Of a stretch of 62,000 nucleotides of DNA, positions 55,001 to 62,000 are shown piece after piece (the stretch's first letter is position 1; each line of letters opens with the position of its first letter). Made by a program: the position numbers and the translations under genes. Source of the DNA: Vicugna vicugna (taxonomy: Eukaryota); assembly GCA_013265495.1 (NCBI GenBank), contig MU058226.1, positions 84,741 through 146,740 on the forward strand, given 5' to 3'. A model generated the notes under the pieces. That model was not told the DNA's origin. It searched no databases and was given only the letters and a program-made list of their open reading frames with translations.

Positions 55001-58000
55001 ATCTCAGGGACTCAGAGTGCTGTGGATGAGGCCAGAACAAAGCATCCGTCAAAGCCCCGCCTAGGGGAGGAGCTGCAGGTGACCAGTGTGACATCAGACT
55101 CCGTGGGTCTCTCGTGGATGGTCCCCGAGGGCCAGTTTGACTCCTTTGTGGTCCAGTACAAGGACAGGGATGGGCAACCCCAGGTGGTGCCCGTGGATGG
55201 CAGCCTCAGGGAGGTCAGCATCTCGGGCCTGGACCCTGCCCGCAGGTTCAAGTTGCTGCTCTACGGGCTGCACAAGGGCAGGCGTGTGGGTCCCATCTCC
55301 GCCATCACCGAGACCGGTGAGTGCAGCTGGGGGAAACGCGGTCCTTCCTTCTGCCTGGCTCTCCTGGTCTGTTGGAGCCTCAGGATTTCTGAGTTTCCTA
55401 TTTCCCTTCTTTTGTCAGGGAGGGATCAGCTTTACAGAGGCATAATTTACATACAATAGAATTCACTCATTTTAAGTGCATAATTCAGTGAGTTTGGGCA
55501 AATGTATGTCATGAAACCATTACCACAACAAAGATTTAAGACAATATTGGTGACTCCAGAAGTTTCCCTGTGCTCCTTTGCAGTCAGTTTCCCCAAACCC
55601 AACTTCTGGCAACCATGGATTGCTTTCTGTCATTATGGTTTTGCTTTTTAAGCGTTTTCATTTAACAGCATCATCCAATGCATAATCTTTTGTATTTGGC
55701 TTCTCGCACTTAGCATAATGCTTTTGAAATTCATCCTTGAGTGTCAATAATTGGTCCCCTTTTGTTACCTCTTGCCTTCATATCCTTCCCTCCTCTTGGA
55801 GCATCTTAGTGCAGCGACAGACCAGTCACCCATCCCTACCTGTCTCCCTGAACCAGCCCCCAAAGAAGAAATGGAAGCTGAGACCGAGGCCCCCAGCCCC
55901 CCAGCATCTGAGCCCCACCTGGGGGAGGTGACCGTGGAAGAAGCCACGCCACACACCCTGCATCTCTCCTGGATGGTGACTGAGGGAGAATTTGACTCCT
56001 TTGAGGTCCAGTACACAGACGAGGATGGGCAGCTCCAAGTAGTCCGTTTAGGTGGCGACCAGAATGACATCACCCTCTCTGACCTGGAATCTGACCACAA
56101 ATACCTGGTGAGCCTGTACGGTTTCCACAACGGGCAGAGTGTGGGTCCTGTCCACGTCGAGGCCCTGACAGGTGAGCAAAAGAACTCTGCCTGCTCTGCT
56201 TCCTCCCAGGGCAGTGAGGGCCCAGAGGAGGGCTGAGTGCCGGTGGACAGCAGTCCCCTCTCTCAGGTCCTTCTCTCTCTGTGCCCATGTGCAGCCCCAA
56301 GAGAGGAAGAGGATGAACCTTCAGAATCTCCCTCTACCACCCCAGAGCCTCCCATCAAGCCGCGCCTGGGGAAGCTGGCAGTGACAGACGCCAGCCCAGA
56401 CTCCCTGAGCCTCTCATGGACCGTCCCCGAGGGCCAGTTTGACCACTTCCTGGTCCAGTACAAGAACGGAGATGGGCAGCCCAAGGCGGTGCGGGTGCCG
56501 GGGCACGAGGACGGGGTCACCGTCTCGGGCCTGGAGCCGGACCACAAGTACAAGATGAACCTATACGGCTTCCACGACGGCCAGCGCCTGGGCCCTGTCT
56601 CTGTCATCGGGGTGACAAGTGAGTGGACGGTGGAAGCCCCAGGGTGGGACCTAGTGGGAGGACCACCCTCTCTCAGGTGGAGGGTGAGTGGGGTGAGGAG
56701 GCCTCTCTGCTCGAGGCTGAGCCATGGTGCCCTTTGTGCCACCTCCCCTCTCCCTGAGGACCAGCGGATCGTCCTGGGCAGAGAAAAACCTCCGTGAGCT
56801 GTGCTGGTGGCCTCCCTGGTCCCCACAGCTGACCCCAGAGGCTCTGGGCATGTCTGTGAGATGTCAGCTGAGCAGGACCACCTGCCCCAAGGACGGGCTT
56901 CTCTGAACTGACCTCGGGGTCCCCAGTCAGGGACAAGGCTTGGGAGGAGACCCAAGGACATCTGGCAGGGCCCCTGCCTCACCCTCTGTGTCTCCTTCTC
57001 AGCTGCAGAGGAAGAGACCCCCAGCCCCACAGAGATGGAGGAGACGCCCAGTCCCACCGAGCCCAGCACGGAGGCCCCAGAGCCCCCCGAGGAGCCCCTC
57101 CTGGGGGAGCTGACGGTGACCGGATCCTCCCCAGACTCGCTCAGCCTCTCCTGGACCGTCCCCCAGGGCCACTTCGACTCCTTCACCGTCCAGTACAAGG
57201 GCAGGGACGGGCCCCAGGTGGTGCGTGTCGGGGGCGAGGAGAGCGAGGTGACCGTTGGGGGCCTGGAGCCCGGGCGCAAGTACAAGATGCACCTGTACGG
57301 CCTGCACGGGGGGCGGCGCGTGGGCCCCGTGTCCACCGTGGGTGTGACTGGTGAGTGAGGGCCCTCGGTCTTAGGTCTCAGGAAAGGTCTCACAGTACAG
57401 CCTCTTGAGTCTCCTTCACTGAAGACCCAGGACTCTAAAACCCCCCAAACCTCTAACCCACTCCTCATCCACTCAACACCTCAGGACAGGTGTGATCTGA
57501 GGGCAGGAAGAGTGAGGCCCAGGAAAGTGCTTTGCCCATTTGAGAGAGGCTGCTGAGGACTGAGGCCTCCAAGGCAGTCACTCACTGATCAATTTGTGGC
57601 TCTCTGCTTTGCCTGGGAACTCTGAAAAGAACTCTTTTGGGGAGATGGGACAAATGCCATGAAAGATTAATTCTCAACAAGTATTTATTATATAAAATTT
57701 CAAACGTATACCCAAAGGGAAAATAGAATGTCCTATGTATTCACCACCCTGCTGCAACCAAAGATCAACCCCCAGCCAGTCTGGCTCGCCCAGACCCCAC
57801 TCCCTTCCTGCCCTCCCCAACGAAAATGTCTTCTTTATTAACAGCTTTGTTGAGGTGTAATTTACATACCTTAAAATTCACCTGTTTTCAGTATACAGTT
57901 TATAAGTTTTAGTGTATTTACAGAGTTGTGCAACTGTCATCACTACCTAGTTGTAGGACTTTTCTGCCACATCAAGAAGAAGCCTGATCTCCAGACCCAT

Positions 58001-61000
58001 GCCCAGGCCCAGGCCCCACTAATCTACTTTCTGTCTCTGTAGATTTGCCTTTGCTGGACTTAACATAGAAATGGAATCACACAGTATGTGTTCTTTTGCG
58101 TCCGGCTTCTTTTATGGAGCATATTTTTGAGGTTGATCCGTGTTGTAGCGTGTAGCAGTCCTTCATTCCTTTATAGCCAAATAGCATTCTGTTGTGTTGC
58201 TATATTGCTGCAATACTTTTAAACTTATTGTATACACTCTATATCTCATCATTACATATTTAAGTGTCCTGCTTTTTTCAAAAAGACTACTTAAAAATAA
58301 CCACAATACAATGATTGTACCTTTAAAAAGGAACAATCATTCCCTAAGATCCCCAGATGTCTAGGTAGTGCTAGATTGTGTCATAATTGTTGTTTTGCAA
58401 TTAGTGGCTGGATTCAGGTCCAATTGGGAGAACTGGGATTGTAAATAGTGTGGTCAGGGAAGGCCCCAAAGACAAGGTGACATTTGAACAAAGACTTAAG
58501 GAGATGTGAACTTGAGCCATGCAGACATGTGGGGAAAGAAGAGTCAGGCAGAGGAAACAGCAAAAAGGCCTTGAGTCCAGGGCTGGGACATCTGATGGAC
58601 CCAAAGAGGCCACAAAGAGATTTTGATGACCATAAGTGGAAGCGGATCTTAAGTTAGGCCCACAGAGCTGGCCCACTTTCTGGCCTGAATCCAGGAGAGC
58701 AGGGTCTCAATATTTTCTTCCAGCAGGAACGATTCTGTTTGCATCTCTTCCCAGCCCCTGAAGAGGAGCCCCCTGCCAGCCCCCCTTTGAAGCCATACCT
58801 GGGGGACCTGACTGTGACAGATGCCACCCCTGACTCCCTGAGCCTCTCCTGGACCGTCCCCGAGGGCCAGTTTGACCACTTCCTGGTCCAGTACAAGAAT
58901 GGGGATGGGCAGCCCAAGGCGGTGCGAGTGCCAGGGCACCAGGACGGGGTCACCGTCTCAGGCCTTGAGCCAGACCACAAGTACAAAATGAACCTGTATG
59001 GCTTCCACGAAGGCCAGCGCCTGGGCCCCGTCTCCACTATTGGTTTAACTGGTGAGTGTGCAGTGGAACACTGGGCCTGCCCTGAGCTGGACTCAGTTTC
59101 CCTTTTATTGCTAGTACTGAGGTGTTTTTGTCCCACTCTTCTTCAGACTGAGCCTCCCAATATCCTGGGGGCAGTCCTGCTTGTGTCTTCACTCTGAGCC
59201 TTTGGTGTCATCTTAGCCGTCTCATCCTTTACGTGTGGACTTTTTGGGTCCTTGAAGAGGCAGGGCGCGAGGGAAATAACACAGACTGAGGCAGACCTGG
59301 GGCTGACCCTAGCCTCAGCTCATTAGAGCTGCGTGACCTCGAGAGAGTCACTCAGCCTCTCTGTGCCTCCCTTTCCTCATCCAGACAGAAGAAATGGACC
59401 ACACCTGTCTTGCAGGGTGGGCATGAATGTGGCTTGGTTCACATACAATGTTCAGTGACAACAGTCTTCCCCTTCCAAGAATGAAAATTAGTTCCTGAAA
59501 ACTCTTGGGATGAATTCTCATAATTATTATTGATTTCAGTGGGTAAACTTATATTGGTTCCCCAATCCCCAAACTGAAACCCATATATGCTATATCAACC
59601 TGGAATCCAGCTGACATCGATACTATTAATTCAGTAGTTACTATTAGTCATATGTGCAGTTTAACAAGGTGTTTTCTCTTCATTAATTAGTCCCTAATGT
59701 GGCTGTTGGTTGCTTATGTTAAGCTCTTTTGTAGCTGTTACCCACTAGATGCTTAAACCCTGGTTCCCAAGCACAGCAGAGATATGAAACAAGATGATTT
59801 TGTAATTCAGCTATTAAGGCAGAATAAAGCCGTCTGCTGAACAGAAAAGAGGAAAGAAATCTGGGGGTGTGATGAGTTGTCTCTGCCATAAGTTAGCAAA
59901 AGAATTAATACAAGATCCAAAAACAACCCAACTGAAAAAAAAGATGATCTCAAGTGATCTCATCTCTTTCCCTCAACTGAGAAATCTAAATTAGTTCCTC
60001 AAATGCTCAGAAAAGCCTTCTAAACCAGAGGAGATATTAAAGGAAAATACTCATGAAGTGGAATTCCTGAACGTGAGCATATGCACCACCTGATGTGACC
60101 TGTCTGTTAGGCATAGTGCTGTTAAAAGCATTAGTCTTGTCCTGCTAAATGAATTTGCTCAATGGCTCCTAAAAGTTTTGTGCTGCATGCATTCAGCTAC
60201 CATCGTGATGTCTCCACAAGTTTGTGTTCTGTGCCCTAGAAACCGAAAGTTCAAACCAGGGAAATGATGTCTAAACCCTGGGGCACTGGCATCCAGCATG
60301 CAGGGCCCTAGTATGTCGGGAGAAATCCCAGAATCCATCCCCTGTTAGGATGGCAAAGCATGTCCACCCATCTATTTGTCTCCTGATGTAGCCCCAGGAA
60401 AGGACCTAGAAATGACCCCAGCCCCAACAGACCTACCCACCGAGCCTCCCATCAAGCCGCGCCTGGGGGAGCTGGCAGTGACAGACGCCAGCCCAGACTC
60501 CCTGAGCCTCTCATGGACCGTCCCCGAGGGCCAGTTTGACCACTTCCTGGTCCAGTACAAGAACGGAGATGGGCAGCCCAAGGCGGTGCGGGTGCCGGGG
60601 CACGAGGACGGGGTCACCGTCTCGGGCCTGGAGCCGAACCACAAGTACAAGATGAACCTATACGGCTTCCACGACGGCCAGCGCCTGGGCCCTGTCTCTG
60701 TCATCGGGGTGACAAGTGAGTGGACGGTGGAAGCCCCAGGGTGGGACCTAGTGGGAGGACCACCCTCTCTCAGGTGGAGGGTGAGTGGGGTGAGGAGGCC
60801 TCTCTGCTCGAGGCTGAGCCATGGTGCCCTTTGTGCCACCTCCCCTCTCCCTGAGGACCAGCGGATCGTCCTGGGCAGAGAAAAACCTCCGTGAGCTGTG
60901 CTGGTGGCCTCCCTGGTCCCCACAGCTGACCCCAGAGGCTCTGGGCATGTCTGTGAGATGTCAGCTGAGCAGGACCACCTGCCCCAAGGACGGGCTTCTC

Positions 61001-61447
61001 TGAACTGACCTCGGGGTCCCCAGTCAGGGACAAGGCTTGGGAGGAGACCCAAGGACATCTGGCAGGGCCCCTGCCTCACCCTCTGTGTCTCCTTCTCAGC
61101 TGCAGAGGAAGAGACCCCCAGCCCCACAGAGATGGAGGAGACGCCCAGTCCCACCGAGCCCAGCACGGAGGCCCCAGAGCCCCCCGAGGAGCCCCTCCTG
61201 GGGGAGCTGACGGTGACCGGATCCTCCCCAGACTCGCTCAGCCTCTCCTGGACCGTCCCCCAGGGCCACTTCGACTCCTTCACCGTCCAGTACAAGGGCA
61301 GGGACGGGCCCCAGGTGGTGCGTGTCGGGGGCGAGGAGAGCGAGGTGACCGTTGGGGGCCTGGAGCCCGGGCGCAAGTACAAGATGCACCTGTACGGCCT
61401 GCACGGGGGGCGGCGCGTGGGCCCCATGTCCACCGTGGGTGTGACTG
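30675..61447 (+). CDS. TNXB: Tenascin-X, 5' portion (gene continues beyond window; C-terminal FNIII repeats and fibrinogen domain not present)
   Basis: Signal peptide, TNX heptad region, 18.5 tenascin EGF repeats and serial phase-1 FNIII exons with TNX-type LGELTVT..PDSLSLSWTVPEGQFDSF motifs. Synteny with ATF6B. Confidence 0.97.
31434..33272 (+). CDS. TNXB: TNXB exon 3: 18.5 EGF-like repeats (1839 nt, CpG-rich)
   Basis: TCCAG|GC...AAG|GTGAGT. 31-aa CPxxCxxxGxCxxGxCxCxxGYxGxDC units; I counted 18 full and 1 half. Confidence 0.97.
33739..33854 (+). CDS. TNXB: TNXB exon 4 (first half of FNIII-1)
   Basis: GGCAG|AG...ACG|GTGAGA; EVPAIEGMRMHLLEETTVRTEWTRAPG. Confidence 0.92.
36041..36226. mobile_element. 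MER5A-type DNA element
   Basis: CAGTGGTTCTTAAAGTGTGTTCC..GCATCACCTGGG..TAACAAGCCATCCAGGTGATTCTGATGCA. Confidence 0.75.
37930..38125 (+). mobile_element. MIR SINE
   Basis: TGACCTTGGACAAGGCACTTAATC..CCTCAGTTTCCTCATCTG..AACAGTACCTGGCATGGAGTAAGTGTTC. Confidence 0.75.
38270..38426 (+). CDS. TNXB: TNXB exon 5 (second half of FNIII-1)
   Basis: TGCAG|ACA...CCA|GTGAGA; GLAPGQEYQVTVRALRG. Confidence 0.92.
38605..38868 (+). CDS. TNXB: TNXB exon 6 (FNIII)
   Basis: GCTAG|TG...CAG|GTATGG; IDGPQDLRVVAVTPTTLELNW. Confidence 0.93.
39458..39490 (+). other. TNXB: Candidate 33-nt symmetric (phase 1-1) TNXB micro-exon, GHQHWRAWRAR
   Basis: CTTCTCCTTTCCAG|GG...AGGG|GTGAGG; frame-preserving. Confidence 0.4.
39679..40364 (+). 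other. TNXB: TNXB alternative exon (Pro-rich + helical + FNIII) carrying a frameshift near 39731
   Basis: Acceptor CCCTGGCAG|CA and donor ACAG|GTAGCG; 686 nt is not a multiple of 3. The 3' frame encodes a clear FNIII (TVSLPDLRPGTTYHVEVHGVRAG), but the entry frame stops at 39807-39809. Confidence 0.7.
41474..41842 (+). CDS. TNXB: TNXB exon 7 (linker + FNIII)
   Basis: CCCAG|GT...ATGG|GTACAT; QELGELRVLGRDKTGRLRVAWTAQPDTF. Confidence 0.92.
42970..43263 (+). CDS. TNXB: TNXB exon 8 (FNIII)
   Basis: CCCAG|AC...ATCT|GTAAGT. Confidence 0.93.
45007..45297 (+). CDS. TNXB: TNXB exon 9 (FNIII)
   Basis: TCTAG|TG...CTG|GTGAGT. Confidence 0.93.
45649..45954 (+). CDS. TNXB: TNXB exon 10 (FNIII, contains RGD at 45834-45842)
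   Basis: TGCAG|CC...CAG|GTGAGT. Confidence 0.93.
46520..46750 (+). mobile_element. MIR SINE
   Basis: GCATGGGCTCTGGAGCCA..AACCTCTCTGGGCCTCAGCTTTCTCATCTGTCAAATG..AGTGCCTGGCAC. Confidence 0.8.
47548..47907 (+). CDS. TNXB: TNXB exon 11 (PTE-rich linker + FNIII)
   Basis: CTCAG|CC...CAA|GTGAGT. Confidence 0.92.
47759..48613 (+). repeat. TNXB intragenic repeat block copy A (3' half of exon 11, intron, exon 12)
   Basis: Near-identical to about 56470-57348 apart from a 24-nt intronic deletion and scattered substitutions. Confidence 0.9.
48268..48615 (+). CDS. TNXB: TNXB exon 12 (PTE-rich linker + FNIII)
   Basis: CTCAG|CT...CAG|GTGAGT. Confidence 0.92.
48735..48915 (+). mobile_element. MIR SINE
   Basis: TGACCTTGAGCAAG..TTTCCTCATCTGTAAAATGGGGAT..GTTGTGAGAATAAATGAG..CCTGGCACAGAGTAG. 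Confidence 0.8.
49288..49396 (+). mobile_element. tRNA-derived SINE with target-site duplication
   Basis: GGGTATAGCTCAGTGGTACAGCATG..GAGGTCCTGAGTTCATCCC. TSD TCAAAAACAACTTTTACT (49270-49287) and TCAAAAACAACTTTACT (49397-49413). Confidence 0.88.
50520..51340 (-). mobile_element. LINE-2 fragment
   Basis: CATTCATTAACTTAACAAACATTTGTGGAGC..GTGCTGGAGACACAGCA..TTTTGGACTTGCTGCATTTGAGAC. Confidence 0.65.
51604..51909 (+). CDS. TNXB: TNXB exon 13 (FNIII)
   Basis: CTCAG|CT...CGG|GTGAGT. Confidence 0.93.
52395..52830. mobile_element. AT-rich hAT-Charlie-like DNA transposon remnant
   Basis: ACCCCTTTCAGAGCAATGTTTCTAAAT..ATAAAATAAAATGCATAGGATTGCAAAAGAAACCAATTAT. Confidence 0.45.
52893..53192 (+). CDS. 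TNXB: TNXB exon 14 (FNIII)
   Basis: CCTAG|CT...CAG|GTGAGC. Confidence 0.92.
54445..54732 (+). CDS. TNXB: TNXB exon 15 (FNIII, RGD linker at 54450-54458)
   Basis: GTCAG|CT...CAG|GTGAGG. Confidence 0.93.
55008..55316 (+). CDS. TNXB: TNXB exon 16 (FNIII)
   Basis: CTCAG|GG...CCG|GTGAGT. Confidence 0.93.
55425..55740 (-). mobile_element. L1M-type 3' end fragment
   Basis: CAGCTTTACAGAGGCATAATTTACATACAATAGAATTCACTCATTTTAAGTG..TGGCTTCTCGCACTTAGCATAATG. Confidence 0.75.
55857..56171 (+). CDS. TNXB: TNXB exon 17 (acidic FNIII)
   Basis: ACCAG|CC...CAG|GTGAGC. Confidence 0.93.
56295..56618 (+). CDS. TNXB: TNXB exon 18 (FNIII)
   Basis: TGCAG|CC...CAA|GTGAGT. Confidence 0.93.
56345..57358 (+). repeat. 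TNXB intragenic repeat block copy B (exon 18, intron, exon 19)
   Basis: 1014 bp matching 60442-61455 at offset 4097; I found 3 mismatches by eye. Confidence 0.95.
57003..57350 (+). CDS. TNXB: TNXB exon 19 (PTE-rich linker + FNIII)
   Basis: CTCAG|CT...CTG|GTGAGT. Confidence 0.93.
57830..58200 (-). mobile_element. L1M-type 3' end fragment
   Basis: AACAGCTTTGTTGAGGTGTAATTTACATACC..TAATCTACTTTCTGTCTCTGTAGATTTGCCT..AATGGAATCACACAGTATGTG. Confidence 0.75.
58755..59051 (+). CDS. TNXB: TNXB exon 20 (FNIII)
   Basis: CCCAG|CC...CTG|GTGAGT. Confidence 0.93.
60392..60715 (+). CDS. TNXB: TNXB exon 21 (FNIII)
   Basis: TGTAG|CC...CAA|GTGAGT. Confidence 0.92.
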
Positions 61448-61455
61448 GTGAGTGA
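60442..61455 (+). repeat. TNXB intragenic repeat block copy C (exon 21, intron, exon 22)
   Basis: 1014 bp matching 56345-57358 at offset 4097. Confidence 0.95.
61100..61447 (+). CDS. TNXB: TNXB exon 22 (PTE-rich linker + FNIII)
   Basis: CTCAG|CT...CTG|GTGAGT. Confidence 0.93.
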
Positions 61456-62000
61456 CAACGGGGCTCATTAGTCTCAGAGACTTTTCCTCCTGGTTAGCCT
61501 GGTTGACTGTTCTGCTCTTTTGCCAGCCCTTGTTCCCTTTTTATGTCCTTGTTTCATGGTCCTGGGCCGTGACCCATGAGTAGTGGCTTGGCCTTTGCCA
61601 ACCTGCAGCCTCACTGTCCACGCTAGCATGGCCTCCTTCTGACGGTCAGCCACTGGCCCCCTCCAAGAGTGAACTGTGTCAGGCACAGGCCAAGCCTGAT
61701 TTTATTAGAATTTTCTTTTCTTTCCATCTTAATCACAAGCATTCTTTGTTATAATTTTTAAAAAAAGAACAAAAGAAACAATCCAACAACCAACCACACT
61801 GAAACGATTAAGTACTTAATCATGTCTATAAAATGAGCCTTTATGCCATCATTGAAATGCTTCAACATAAGACAATTACTTTATATTATTACAATAAAAA
61901 GAGGCTTAAAGATTTTGTAAGGATGCAAATCACAGCCACTTGAAAATAGCATGTATGGTAAGACAACTGGAAGGAAACACGTCCCATGGAATGCATGGTT

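Noticed and set aside
59440..60280. AT-rich block possibly a Tigger-type DNA transposon
   Set aside because: I could not identify terminal inverted repeats or a family with enough confidence; RepeatMasker is needed.

Overview
Mammalian MHC class III DNA. tRNA-derived SINEs resembling those of camelids suggest alpaca, llama or camel (inference). All three genes are on the + strand. FKBPL has a single coding exon (9270-10319, 349 aa). ATF6B/CREBL1 has 18 coding exons (10895-18673) that join in frame to 700 aa plus stop. The 5' part of TNXB (tenascin-X) comprises a non-coding exon 1 near 24600-24811 and coding exons from 30675 (signal peptide, heptad region, 18.5 EGF repeats, then FNIII exons to 61447); it continues beyond the window. 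The first ~8 kb and the large introns are mostly old interspersed repeats (L2, MIR, L1, MER5-type DNA elements, LTRs). An assembly gap lies at 24088-24250. I see no wholly new gene system. The most unusual signals are: (i) a hidden two-exon cassette in TNXB intron 6, made of a 33-nt micro-exon and a 686-nt Pro-rich/helical/FNIII exon that is frameshifted here; (ii) ~1-kb exon-intron-exon TNXB blocks that are almost identical, plus a chimeric FNIII exon; (iii) an internally duplicated ATF6B exon pair carrying tandem phospho-dependent SUMO motifs; (iv) uORFs overlapping the ATF6B start; and (v) an LTR>L1>SINE nest whose L1 has no poly(A) tail. Exon numbers are my own count within this window. 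Comparisons with human proteins are from recall and need alignment.
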